From NCBI GenBank assembly GCA_023898585.1, contig CP060229.1, positions 790,587 through 854,586 of the forward strand: a stretch of DNA of 64,000 bases, given 5' to 3'. Below, one piece after another: positions 1-9,690 of the stretch. The first letter of the stretch is position 1; every line of letters starts with the position of its first letter. The stretch is from Candidatus Nomurabacteria bacterium. Its GTDB lineage: Bacteria; Patescibacteriota; Minisyncoccia; Phycocordibacterales; UBA918. Both the position numbers and the translations under genes were made by a program. The notes beneath the pieces were generated by a model that ran no database searches, had not been told where the DNA came from, and saw nothing but the letters and a program-made list of their open reading frames with translations.

Positions 1-247
1 AATAAGGAGAGCCAAATAAAGTCCCACCATTACGTTCATAATGGACTGTCGTCCCTTGAAGATTGAAAACATCAAGAATAATCCGAAAACCCCTAAAAAA
101 TATGCGATTTCGTATATGAAATTTAATATGTATCCCCAGTCCATGGCTTCATTATAGTGCACGACATCCTTTAAAGTGTAAATTTCTCCACTTTTCGTGT
201 ATAGATGTTGATTGATACATTGGGGATGAGAAACACCGGATCTATTT

Positions 248-664
248 TCACATTTGTTCTATAGCATGTTTGGTCGCATCTTGTACGTGTTTAAACCTGT
301 CACCCATCAGTTTTACTCCCCCGAACCACCTGGTGACACATATAACACAATCACTGACTTCTTCCTTCTGCATGACACGAAGTATAACCATACCGGCACC
401 GACTTCCCCATCGTCTGACTTTGTCTCAAATATCGCCCCGTCTTTCGCTATTCTGGTGGCCCAAGTATTGTGATCTGCCTTGAGATACTTCTTATTCTCC
501 TTCAAACGTCGAAGAAATCGTTTGATGTCGTTTCTGTCTCGTACCAGGCCCAGGCTCACAGAATAGCGACTGCCTCGGTCTTCTATTATGTTTTCAAACA
601 GTACGAAATCCGTTCGGGGAATTTTCTTGTTTTCAAAGTCAAAGCGAGTGGCTTGTTGCGTCAT
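248..664 (-). CDS. YigZ/IMPACT family protein (UPF0029)
   Basis: 138 aa. The motifs GSRYSVSLGLV, KADHNTWATRI and VTRWFGGVKLMGDRFKHV match the IMPACT/YigZ N-terminal domain. Confidence 0.6.
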   Translation of the reverse strand: MTQQATRFDFENKKIPRTDFVLFENIIEDRGSRYSVSLGLVRDRNDIKRFLRRLKENKKYLKADHNTWATRIAKDGAIFETKSDDGEVGAGMVILRVMQKEEVSDCVICVTRWFGGVKLMGDRFKHVQDATKHAIEQM

Positions 665-722
665 GGATAAAAGGTGCTTTAATTAAATCTGGTTGCTTTC
701 AGTGTTCTTGGAGGAAAGTTAA

Positions 723-917
723 GTGAAAATGGAAATCGCCTTACCATTAAGTCTCATTTCGCTTTTACTCAGCGTTCTTCTTATCATGTTACTGTGGCGT
801 AGTAAGGGCTGGAAAATGCTCATAGTAATCATGATCGTTCCGGTAACAATAACAGGGTATTTTATCTTCGAGACGGTGTCTGAACTTTGGGTGCTAAGCA
901 GTTGGGAATGGAAGTAA
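723..917 (+). CDS. small hydrophobic membrane protein (hypothetical)
   Basis: 64 aa with two predicted TM helices. Nothing supports it beyond an ORF with start and stop. Confidence 0.2.
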   Translation: MKMEIALPLSLISLLLSVLLIMLLWRSKGWKMLIVIMIVPVTITGYFIFETVSELWVLSSWEWK

Positions 918-948
918 CGGTCTAGAAAAATAAATTTTTCTAGACCGT
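917..948. terminator. bidirectional rho-independent terminator hairpin
   Basis: ACGGTCTAGAAAAATAAATTTTTCTAGACCGT is a perfect palindromic stem with A/T flanks. It lies between the convergent small ORF and dnaJ. Confidence 0.5.
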
Positions 949-967
949 CCTTCGTAAGACATATGTT

Positions 968-2029
968 CTAAATACCCTCTTCTCTCAGTTCTTCTATCAA
1001 CTTTTGCGCTTTGCGTGAAAGTTTTTTTGGTGTCTCGATAGAAACCTTCACCATAAAGTCTCCACGTCCCCTGTCCATTGGAACCCCCTTGTCTTTAATA
1101 CGAATGAGTTCACCGTGCGTTATTCCAGATGGAATCTTGATACTAACCGGTCCGTCTAGGGTTTCTACTTTATAAGTAGCTCCGAGAAGTGCATCAGTGA
1201 GCTTGACTGGAAGCTTTGTGTTGAGAGTTGATCCCTCACGTCTGATTGTTTTATGCGGTTCGACATGAACTTTTATGTACATGTCTCCAGGTTGACCGCC
1301 GTGGGGTAAAGCTTCGCCTCTTCCGGTCATGCGGATTACTTCTCCGTTTTGTATTCCTGGAGGTACTTTAATGGTAATTTCTTCTTCTGTTCTCAACACA
1401 CCAACTCCAACGCAGTGCGGACATTTCTCTTTAGGTATTTGTCCTGTACCGTAACAAGCTGAACATTCACGGACCGTGGTAAAACTTCCCATAATGCTTT
1501 GTCGGTTTTCACGAATTTTTCCCTGACCTCCACAGGTGCTACAAGATTCAGTCGCTGTTCCTTTCTTTGCTCCTTTTCCGTTGCAATAAGAACAGGAATT
1601 ATTCTTTGTTACCAAGACTCTGCGTGTGACTCCAAAAATAGATTCTTCGAAATTCAAATTTATATCGATCGAGACATCGCGACCACGTTGTGTTTGTCGC
1701 TGTCCTCCTCCAAAACCGAAATTTTGAAAAATGTCGTTTAAGTCGAATTCAAAACCTTGTCCACCAAAACCACTGGCAAAATCATGAGCGTTGAAACCGC
1801 CAAACCCTCCACCTCCTTGTCCGCCGAAAGAGTGTCCGTATGTGTCGTACTCGGCTTTCTTTTTTTCATCTCCAAGAACAGCATAGGCTTCGGTTATTTC
1901 CTTGTACCTCTCCTCATCACCGGTTTTTTTGTCCGGATGATATTTGGCTGCCATTTGACGAAAAGCCTTCTTTACCTCTTCCTTGGAAGCTCCTTTTTGC
2001 AAACCCAGTGTTGCGTAATAATCTTTCAT
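968..2029 (-). CDS. dnaJ: molecular chaperone DnaJ
   Basis: J-domain (YYATLGL...HPDK), a G/F-rich linker and four CxxCxGxG zinc-finger repeats. It sits downstream of dnaK. Confidence 0.9.
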   Translation of the reverse strand: MKDYYATLGLQKGASKEEVKKAFRQMAAKYHPDKKTGDEERYKEITEAYAVLGDEKKKAEYDTYGHSFGGQGGGGFGGFNAHDFASGFGGQGFEFDLNDIFQNFGFGGGQRQTQRGRDVSIDINLNFEESIFGVTRRVLVTKNNSCSYCNGKGAKKGTATESCSTCGGQGKIRENRQSIMGSFTTVRECSACYGTGQIPKEKCPHCVGVGVLRTEEEITIKVPPGIQNGEVIRMTGRGEALPHGGQPGDMYIKVHVEPHKTIRREGSTLNTKLPVKLTDALLGATYKVETLDGPVSIKIPSGITHGELIRIKDKGVPMDRGRGDFMVKVSIETPKKLSRKAQKLIEELREEGI

Positions 2030-2089
2030 GTTGTGATTTTGATAAACATCATTGAGTAATGTTTTCTAAAAACTCAAAAATTTCATCAT

Positions 2090-4015
2090 TTAATTAGTGT
2101 CTTTTTTGTCTTTTGAGTCAGTTTCGTCCGCCTCGTGTACGGTTGGTTTTTCGTCGGCACTGTCCCATGACCCTTCACTTTCTTTCTCTTCAGCCTTCTT
2201 CCCAGCCTCTTCGGTTGCTTTTTGCATGATCTCGCCAATTTTTTGTAAAGAAACTGACAGCTCTTCAGTAGTTTTTTTCAAGCCATCTCTGTCTTCCTTG
2301 TTTTTAGCTTCATTTACCAACTTAATCTTTTCGTTGATCTCAGTTTTAGTGTCTTCAGGGACATCTTTTTCATGATCCCGCAGGGCTTTTTCGGCTGTGT
2401 ATACCATTTGCTCGGCGCTGTTTCTGGCTTCAATCAATTCCTTTTTCTTCTCGTCTTCACTGGCGTGTTCTTCGGCATCTTTTTTCATTCTCTCAATATC
2501 TTCTTCGGTAAGTCCCGAATTCGCCTCGATGCGAATTGATTGTTCCTTTCCGGTTGACTTGTCTTTTGCTGTTACGTTGAGCACACCGTTACTGTCAACA
2601 TCAAAAGTCACTTCGATCTGAGGTACTCCCCGTGGAGCCGGTGGAATTCCGTCGAGTACAAATTTACCAAGTGATTTATTGTCGTTCGCCATTGGACGTT
2701 CTCCTTGAACAACATGTATTTCCGTGGAAGTTTGATTGTCCGCTGCAGTCGAAAAGACCTGCTGTTTTTTTGTCGGGATGTGGGTATTTTTTTCTATAAG
2801 TTTTGTGTTTACGCTACCCATAGTCTCTATTCCTAGAGAAAGAGGGATAACGTCTACAAGGGTAATGTCTTGTACGTCACCTTGGAATATTCCGGCCTGA
2901 ATCGCTGCTCCGAGGGCTACCACTTCATCAGGATTTATAGTGCGGTTGGGTTCTTTTCCGAAGAGTGCTTTAACGGCGTTTTGTATGGCCGGCATTCTCG
3001 TTTGGCCACCAACAAGAATCACCTCGTCGATCTCGTCTTTCTTTAGGCCTGAAGCTTCGAGTGCTCGTTTGGTGATTTCAATGGATTTGTCTACATAATC
3101 GTGAGCAATTTCTTCGAGTTTGGCACGGGTTAGTTTGATATCCATGTGTAAAGGTCCGTCTGAGCCCTGCGAAATGAAAGGTATGTTGATGTTAGTTTCG
3201 TTGGTTGAAGAGAGCTCCAGCTTGGCTTTCTCGGCCGATTCGTCGAGTCTTTGTAGAGCAAGCTTGTCTTTGCCAAGATCAACACCGTTTGAGGCTTTGA
3301 ATTGGTCAATCAAGAAACGGACTATTCCTTGATCGATGTCACGTCCACCCATGTGAGCGTCCCCGTCCGTTGATTGTACTTCAACAACATCATCCCCTAC
3401 CTCAAGTACTGTGATGTCAAAAGTTCCTCCGCCAAAATCATAAACGACAATTTTCTCGTCTTTCTTTTTATTGAAACCGTAAGCTAATGCCGCTGCGGTA
3501 GGCTCGTTGATGATTCTCTTAACTTCCAGTCCGGCAATTTTACCCGCGTCTTGCGTAGCTTTTCGTTGTGAGTCATTGAAATAAGCCGGCACGGTAATGA
3601 CAGCTTCCGTAATTTTTTCTCCCAATTTAGCTTCGGCGTCTGCTTTCAGTTTAGCGAGAATCATGGCTGACACTTCTTCGGGGCGGTAGTCTTTTCCACC
3701 CATTACAACTACCGCACCTCCGTCACTTCCCTTTTTTATTTCGTAAGAAACTATAGATTTGTCTTTCTGAACAACTTCCTCATCGAAGTTGTGACCCATA
3801 AATCGTTTAATGCCGTAAATGGTGTTGGTAGGGTTAGTCACCGCCTGTCTCTTAGCAATTTGTCCAACTAAACGTTCGTTGGTTTTCGATATTGCTACGA
3901 TTGACGGCGTGGTCCTTGCTCCTTCAGAATTTTCAACAATAACCGGTTCACCGGCTTCTATGATAGCCATCGCTGAATTAGTTGTTCCAAGATCAATACC
4001 AAGTATTTTAGCCAT
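2090..4015 (-). CDS. dnaK: molecular chaperone DnaK (Hsp70)
   Basis: [26 protein letters not shown] and a full-length Hsp70 signature across 641 aa. Confidence 0.95.
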   Translation of the reverse strand: MAKILGIDLGTTNSAMAIIEAGEPVIVENSEGARTTPSIVAISKTNERLVGQIAKRQAVTNPTNTIYGIKRFMGHNFDEEVVQKDKSIVSYEIKKGSDGGAVVVMGGKDYRPEEVSAMILAKLKADAEAKLGEKITEAVITVPAYFNDSQRKATQDAGKIAGLEVKRIINEPTAAALAYGFNKKKDEKIVVYDFGGGTFDITVLEVGDDVVEVQSTDGDAHMGGRDIDQGIVRFLIDQFKASNGVDLGKDKLALQRLDESAEKAKLELSSTNETNINIPFISQGSDGPLHMDIKLTRAKLEEIAHDYVDKSIEITKRALEASGLKKDEIDEVILVGGQTRMPAIQNAVKALFGKEPNRTINPDEVVALGAAIQAGIFQGDVQDITLVDVIPLSLGIETMGSVNTKLIEKNTHIPTKKQQVFSTAADNQTSTEIHVVQGERPMANDNKSLGKFVLDGIPPAPRGVPQIEVTFDVDSNGVLNVTAKDKSTGKEQSIRIEANSGLTEEDIERMKKDAEEHASEDEKKKELIEARNSAEQMVYTAEKALRDHEKDVPEDTKTEINEKIKLVNEAKNKEDRDGLKKTTEELSVSLQKIGEIMQKATEEAGKKAEEKESEGSWDSADEKPTVHEADETDSKDKKDTN

Positions 4016-4036
4016 ATTATATTTTTCAGTTACTCA

Positions 4037-4642
4037 TTATTCATTAAATGTTCCGGTAATAACACGAGCCGGTCTTATTACTTCCGTGTCGGTCCCGTGT
4101 GTCATCTCGTACCCACTTTGTACGACAGATAGGATGACATCTTTCATTTTTTCATCCTCCACATTTTCAGTTCCTATTGCTTCGTGTCTGTGCGGATTAA
4201 AATGCTCCCCTTTCGGATTTATCGATTCCACCCCGTAAGATTCAAGTATTTTCAACAATTGGTTGTTAATACCTTCTATTCCTGTTCGCCAAACCTTGTC
4301 GGCCTTTTCCCAGACCTCAGTGTTACTCATTGCCATTTGGAAACTGTCGCAAAGTGGCAACATTTCCATAACGTGTTGCTTTCGGTAATAGGCTCTATCT
4401 CTGACTCTTTCTTCTTCCAGTCTTTTTCTGGCATTAAGGAAATCCGCCTTTGCCCGCTGTGAATCTTCAAGTATTTGTTTTTTTTCTTTTTCACAATGAG
4501 CCAGCTTGTCTCGCAGTTTCTTCAATTTGTCTCCGGTTTCCTCCTCGATGTCAATTATTTCGGAATCCTCCTTTTTCATTTGTTGTTCCTCGTCGGTGAC
4601 TTCTAAATCCACCTCATCGTTTTCTTTATCCATATTCACCAT
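4037..4642 (-). CDS. grpE: nucleotide exchange factor GrpE
   Basis: 201 aa with an acidic N-terminus, a coiled coil and a GrpE core (LPLCDSFQMA...WRTGIEGINNQLL), upstream of dnaK in the same operon. The true start is probably the internal Met (MDKEN). Confidence 0.8.
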   Translation of the reverse strand: MVNMDKENDEVDLEVTDEEQQMKKEDSEIIDIEEETGDKLKKLRDKLAHCEKEKKQILEDSQRAKADFLNARKRLEEERVRDRAYYRKQHVMEMLPLCDSFQMAMSNTEVWEKADKVWRTGIEGINNQLLKILESYGVESINPKGEHFNPHRHEAIGTENVEDEKMKDVILSVVQSGYEMTHGTDTEVIRPARVITGTFNE

Positions 4643-4726
4643 ACGAGTGCATTATAAATGGAAATATGAGCTATGTCAAAATTTTTCATTTGCATCTGCC
4701 GACACTTTCTGCTACTATCACTCGGC

Positions 4727-4966
4727 ATGAATATTATCCAATCAGTACTGCCCGTACTGCCTGTCATTCAGATAATTCTCTCCATTCTTCTCGTCGCTGC
4801 GATTCTTTTGCAACAACGTGGTTCCAGTCTGGGAGGAGCATTTGGAAGCGACAATTTCAGTTCAGCCTTTCATAAGCGTCGTGGAGCGGAGCTTTTCTTG
4901 TTTAAATTTTCAATCGGTATTGCAATTCTTTTTGTAATTTCAGCCTTCCTAAATATCCTCGCGTAA
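4727..4966 (+). CDS. secG: preprotein translocase subunit SecG (start adjusted to internal ATG)
   Basis: Two TM helices and the conserved ILLQQ(R)G-SSLGGAFG motif typical of SecG. About 79 aa from the ATG at 4727. Confidence 0.55.
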   Translation: MNIIQSVLPVLPVIQIILSILLVAAILLQQRGSSLGGAFGSDNFSSAFHKRRGAELFLFKFSIGIAILFVISAFLNILA

Positions 4967-5127
4967 CAAAAAAGTGGCTACCAAACTGTCGCTTGATTTA
5001 CTTTGCTCATTTTGTTGTGTGTCCTTAAGTCTTAAAGGCACGAATATATAAGTCCGAAGACTTAATAGCTGTAAAATAATTTTTAAATACAATCTACCTT
5101 ATTAATAAATGTTTTTGTACACAGAAT

Positions 5128-6885
5128 ATGGAATCTTCAACAGAATCTTCTCCTAGATTGATAGATCGTTTTATGGATCGAATAGAATCAGTGCCAGGAA
5201 GCGATAAGTTATTGCTCAGAGTTGCTTTCTTTGCCATTATCGGAACGGGTGTCTGGTTGATCCTGACAATAAATCAGCAATATACTGAAAACACACCCAC
5301 TAGAGGCGGTTCAATTGTTGAAGGTATCATCGGAACCCCCAGATTTATAAATCCTGCTCTCGCCTCAACCAGGGCTGATCAAGATGTGACCGCTTTAATC
5401 TACAATGGCCTCATGAAGATAGCTTCCGACGGCACGTTGGTTAATGATGTCGCTGAATCAGTGAATGTCTCTGAAGACGGTTTGACATACAACATCACTC
5501 TTAATAAAAATATTGAGTTTCATGACGGTACCCCACTAACAGCCAAGGACGTTGCTTTTACTATCAGATTGATTCAAAACCCCGATCTGAAAAGTCCGCT
5601 TAGAGGTAATTGGAATGATGTGGTGGTGGAAGAGTTGGGAGAATATGAATTAAACATCGTTTTGGATGAGGCGTATGCCCCGTTCATTGAGAATTTCACC
5701 CTTGGTATAATGCCGTCACACGCTTGGAGTGATTTACCGATAGAACAACTCCCTTTCAGCCAGTTAAATACCGAACCCATCGGATCCGGCCCTTTTTCAC
5801 TGACTTCAGCCAAGCGCGATACTTCCGGTTTGATAAATCACTACACGCTTTCCGCTTTCAGAAGAAACGATCTTAATTCCAAAATAGATACTTTAGAATT
5901 GGTCTTCTTTCAGAATGAAGAAAAGCTACTCTCAGCTTTGAGAAGTAAGGAAGTCGATTCAACCGCTTATGTCTCACCTTCTCGCATCAAAGAATTAACA
6001 GACGATGGTTTTCAGCTTGTCGAACAAGCGTTGCCGAGAAGCTTCGGCATCTTTCTGAATCAGAATCATTCAGTAGCTTTACGCGACAAAAAGGTGCGTG
6101 AGGCATTGACGACAGCTATAAATCGCGATGAACTGATAGCAAAATCGTTATTTGGATATGGTGTCCCCATTGCTGGACCTATCGCAATCGCGCAACCTGA
6201 TATAGAATCCGAGGACGACATAGAAGGTACGGTCACTCAAGTCTCCCGAGAAAAAGAACAAGAACAAGCAAAAGAGATTCTTCGTGGGGCCGGATGGAAG
6301 CTTAATGAGGTGGGTATTTGGCAAAAGGAAATCGATAAACAGCCGGTTACTCTCAGTATTGTTTTGAGAACGAGTAATTCCGACCTTTTTGTGTCTTTGG
6401 TTGATGTTATAGCCGAACAATGGAGAGAGATTGGTGTTGAAGTGGTGGTGGAACAATTTGAGCAAACAGGGTTGATTCAATCTGTCATCCGTCCTAGAGA
6501 TTTTCAAGCGTTACTTTTTGGGCTGGACATGAGTCGATCGTATGATTTGTACCCTTTTTGGCATTCTTCGCAACAAGATGATCCGGGTCTTAATATCGCT
6601 CAGTACGCCAACGTAAACGTTGACGATCTCTTGGAAACCGCTCGAATCGAGCAATCTGAATCTGTCAGACACGAAACACTAATAGAGGCTGGCGAAATCA
6701 TCGCCGAGGAAAGTCCCGCCATATTCCTTTTCCAACCAACACTTACCTACGTAGTCAGCAGTGATGTTACGGTCGTTGAGGTTAATAATCCGGGTCGACC
6801 ATCAGACAGGTTTAGCAATGTTTCAGAATGGCATACCGAAAGTGATTTTCTTTGGCCAATCTTTAGGGACGATGCTGTGCAATGA
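5128..6885 (+). CDS. ABC transporter substrate-binding protein, family 5 (peptide/nickel-type), membrane-anchored
   Basis: 585 aa with an N-terminal signal-anchor helix. The SBP_bac_5-like layout (GGSIVEGIIGTPRFINPALA..., a central cap region, DKKVREALTTAINRDE) was recognised by eye. Confidence 0.55.
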   Translation: MESSTESSPRLIDRFMDRIESVPGSDKLLLRVAFFAIIGTGVWLILTINQQYTENTPTRGGSIVEGIIGTPRFINPALASTRADQDVTALIYNGLMKIASDGTLVNDVAESVNVSEDGLTYNITLNKNIEFHDGTPLTAKDVAFTIRLIQNPDLKSPLRGNWNDVVVEELGEYELNIVLDEAYAPFIENFTLGIMPSHAWSDLPIEQLPFSQLNTEPIGSGPFSLTSAKRDTSGLINHYTLSAFRRNDLNSKIDTLELVFFQNEEKLLSALRSKEVDSTAYVSPSRIKELTDDGFQLVEQALPRSFGIFLNQNHSVALRDKKVREALTTAINRDELIAKSLFGYGVPIAGPIAIAQPDIESEDDIEGTVTQVSREKEQEQAKEILRGAGWKLNEVGIWQKEIDKQPVTLSIVLRTSNSDLFVSLVDVIAEQWREIGVEVVVEQFEQTGLIQSVIRPRDFQALLFGLDMSRSYDLYPFWHSSQQDDPGLNIAQYANVNVDDLLETARIEQSESVRHETLIEAGEIIAEESPAIFLFQPTLTYVVSSDVTVVEVNNPGRPSDRFSNVSEWHTESDFLWPIFRDDAVQ

Positions 6886-6928
6886 AACAACAACATATTT
6901 ATATTAAAAATTATTCAGATTTTACTTT

Positions 6929-8983
6929 ATGAACTCAACTGAAAATTCAAACAAGAATAGAAACTACTCGAACAAAGAAGGAAGCAATAGTCGTCACCGG
7001 CACGGCAGATATCCAAGACGGGTATCGACAACAAGCAGTAACACAACCAGTCAGGCTAGGTCAAACGCCACATATCGTCGTGGTCAGCCAACAGACCAAA
7101 CGGATGGTAAACCGAGAGCCGGTGTAACGGGTGGGAGAAGTCGTGGCTATCACAAAAATAGACTAAATCCGGGAACAAATCCAGCGCGAAAGAACGGGAG
7201 GAGCAGACGTAATAGTCAGTACCGCAGGCGTTCCAATACCGCTCCAGTCCTTACTCACAGACTCGATATCTCCGATAACAAATCACCGGTCATCCCGGAA
7301 GTTCTTGACGAAGATATCGTTCGGATTATTCCCGTTTCTGGAGTGGAAGAGATTGGTAGGAATATGAACATAATTGAGACTAAGGATGACATTATTGTTA
7401 TTGACGCTGGTTTTCAGTTTGTCAGCGAGGAAAGCAACGCACCGGGAATAAATTATATATTGCCCAACACGCAGTATTTAGAGGAAAGAAAAGACAAAAT
7501 TCGAGCCTTGGTTGTAACTCACGGTCACCTCGATCATATTGGAGGAATTCCGTTCATTATGGAAAGAATTGGCAATCCCCCCATTTATACTCAATATTTG
7601 ACGTCATTAATGATTTTGAAGCGACAAGAGGAATTCCCGCACATGGATCCTATCAATATGAACGTTATAAAAGAAGGAGAAAGTTTTACGGTGGGAAAAA
7701 CCAAAATTAAAACTTTCCCCGTCACTCATTCCATTCCTGATGCTATGGGTCTCGAGATCGAAACAAAACACGGCGACATTGTCGTAACCGGCGACATAAA
7801 ACTTATCCATGAAGACGGCGAGGTAGTGGTTGAAGAGAGGTCTTCCTGGGAAAAAGTCGGTGAAAACAAAAATTTAGCTCTTCTTTGTGATTCAACCAAT
7901 GCCGACAGACAAGGTTTTTCCGCTTCCGAAGGGTTGGTGTTCGATACTTTGGAAAGCATTATCAAGAACACAAAAGGACGTCTGATAATCGGTACTTTTG
8001 CGTCGCAATTCGACCGCTTAACGAATGTTATTAGGGTCTGTGAAGAGATGAACAAAAAGGTTGTGATGGAAGGTAGGAGTATAAAAACCAATATCGAAAT
8101 TGCAATTCAGGCCAAGTTAATGGAAGTTAAACCGACCACTTTTATCAACGCCGGTGATATTCCTGACTACCCTGCTGACAAAATAGTGATCCTTTCAACC
8201 GGAGCTCAGGGTGAGCAATTTGCTGCGCTTATGCGTATGGCCACCGATAAACACAAGTTTATCACTTTAACAGAGAGAGACACTATCGTACTTTCGTCGT
8301 CTGTTATTCCAGGAAATGAAATTGCTGTTCAAAAACTCAAGGACAATATTTACCGAAAGAATGTCAAAGTTATCAATTATCAAGGTTCTCACGTTCACTC
8401 ATCGGGACATGGTAATGCCGGTGAGCTAGTTTGGGTACATCAGGCGGTTAAACCTAAATTCCTCATCCCTGTCCATGGTCACCACTACCACCTTAAGAAT
8501 CACATGTGGGCTGCTGTTGAAAACGGTTTTCCTAGAGAAAATGTCGCTGTCCCTGACAATGGAACAATCATTGATATAAAAAATGGTGAAGAAATGAAAG
8601 TTCTCCCCATGAAAATTCCCACCGAACTCATGATGGTGGATGGTTTTACGGTCGGAACTAAGCAGGAGGTGGTACTAAGAGATCGACTCAGTCTCGCTGA
8701 GGACGGCATGTTTGTAATTATTGCCACCGTTAACAACAAGAACGGCAAACTAAGAAAATCTCCGGATATTATTTCCAGGGGTTTTGTCTACTTGCGAGAA
8801 AACCAACAACTATTGTCTGAGGCACGCGTTTTGATTAAGAAGACAGTGGAAAAACAGACAGAGCACATGCATCCATTGGATTTGGAATTAGTTAAAGATG
8901 AATTAGCGGATGTAGTGAGTGGATTCCTGCTCCAAAAAACACAAAAAAATCCGATGGTGATTCCCGTGTTGATTGGGATATAA
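6929..8983 (+). CDS. rnj: ribonuclease J (metallo-beta-lactamase/beta-CASP) with ~120-aa Arg/Ser-rich N-terminal extension
   Basis: VVTHGHLDHIGGIPF (the HxHxDH motif), a beta-CASP region and an RNase J C-terminal domain. Residues 1-120 are R/S/N-rich low complexity. Confidence 0.85.
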   Translation: MNSTENSNKNRNYSNKEGSNSRHRHGRYPRRVSTTSSNTTSQARSNATYRRGQPTDQTDGKPRAGVTGGRSRGYHKNRLNPGTNPARKNGRSRRNSQYRRRSNTAPVLTHRLDISDNKSPVIPEVLDEDIVRIIPVSGVEEIGRNMNIIETKDDIIVIDAGFQFVSEESNAPGINYILPNTQYLEERKDKIRALVVTHGHLDHIGGIPFIMERIGNPPIYTQYLTSLMILKRQEEFPHMDPINMNVIKEGESFTVGKTKIKTFPVTHSIPDAMGLEIETKHGDIVVTGDIKLIHEDGEVVVEERSSWEKVGENKNLALLCDSTNADRQGFSASEGLVFDTLESIIKNTKGRLIIGTFASQFDRLTNVIRVCEEMNKKVVMEGRSIKTNIEIAIQAKLMEVKPTTFINAGDIPDYPADKIVILSTGAQGEQFAALMRMATDKHKFITLTERDTIVLSSSVIPGNEIAVQKLKDNIYRKNVKVINYQGSHVHSSGHGNAGELVWVHQAVKPKFLIPVHGHHYHLKNHMWAAVENGFPRENVAVPDNGTIIDIKNGEEMKVLPMKIPTELMMVDGFTVGTKQEVVLRDRLSLAEDGMFVIIATVNNKNGKLRKSPDIISRGFVYLRENQQLLSEARVLIKKTVEKQTEHMHPLDLELVKDELADVVSGFLLQKTQKNPMVIPVLIGI

Positions 8984-9061
8984 GCCTGAACACCGCTTGC
9001 ATACACTTAACAGTTTCATCACTGCTCAAATATTTCTTCTTCTGATTATTGACAGTCTACC

Positions 9062-9538
9062 TTGAACATCGTATTGTTACGCGGTTCTTTTAGCTGTGGA
9101 TTAGGAGGTGGTACATTGATCAAATTACTTTTTATTGCTCCCTTCATCGCGACGTTTTACTCGATTTGGCCGGTTACGATCACCAAGACAGGAATGAGCG
9201 CTGTATGGGGCGGTTTTCTCGCGATGTTCGGAACCACTATCGTTATTCTCGGGTACGGGCTCACTAAAGGCAGTTTTATTACCGTGCCTACCAAAACGAG
9301 TATAGTTGTAATGCTGGTTGCTGGTGCAATTAACGGTGTGGGTATTATTCTGCACTCCAACATCATGACAGACCCATCTGTGAGAAAAGTCATTTTTCAG
9401 CCCTCATTGGCGGTGGGGATGGTGATTACTTCAGCGGTAGTTGCCTGGCTAATCCTTCGGGAACCTATCAATATCAAACAAGTGTTATGGTTCTTGGGTG
9501 CCATGGTATGCATTGTTATGGCAACGATTCAGAAGTGA
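9062..9538 (+). CDS. small multi-pass membrane protein, possibly single EamA/DMT-like domain
   Basis: 4-5 predicted TM helices. The weak EamA-like character is only my impression, and the true start is uncertain. Confidence 0.35.
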   Translation: MNIVLLRGSFSCGLGGGTLIKLLFIAPFIATFYSIWPVTITKTGMSAVWGGFLAMFGTTIVILGYGLTKGSFITVPTKTSIVVMLVAGAINGVGIILHSNIMTDPSVRKVIFQPSLAVGMVITSAVVAWLILREPINIKQVLWFLGAMVCIVMATIQK

Positions 9539-9574
9539 TCATACACTTAATCTTAGAAGTAAAGGGTCGAATCC

Positions 9575-9613
9575 GGTCACCAAGCGAAAGTCGCTTCGGT
9601 GACTTTTGCTTTT
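9575..9613 (+). terminator. rho-independent terminator
   Basis: GGTCACCAAGCGAAAGTCGCTTCGGTGAC forms a stem-loop that is followed by TTTTGCTTTT. Confidence 0.55.
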
Positions 9614-9690
9614 ATATCGAGAAAAAAATAACAAACCTAATTGTGAAAAACATAATTTCAATTTAATGAAATCATGTATACTGTTAAGTA

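Noticed and set aside
1-247. Possible 5' end of a minus-strand gene (ATG complement at 37-39, MNVMVGLYLALLI…) running off the window
   Set aside because: Only 13 codons are visible, which is insufficient to call.
4643-4726. CIRCE/HrcA operator upstream of grpE
   Set aside because: I searched for TTAGCACTC-N9-GAGTGCTAA and found only a partial GAGTGCATT. No convincing inverted repeat is present and no hrcA gene is in the window.
2097-4875. Numerous 60-140-aa ORFs antisense to or overlapping dnaK/dnaJ/grpE (e.g. 3819..4238, 2397..2621)
   Set aside because: They are embedded in strongly supported chaperone genes and are Ser/Leu/Phe-rich, as expected for antisense frames of AT-rich genes.
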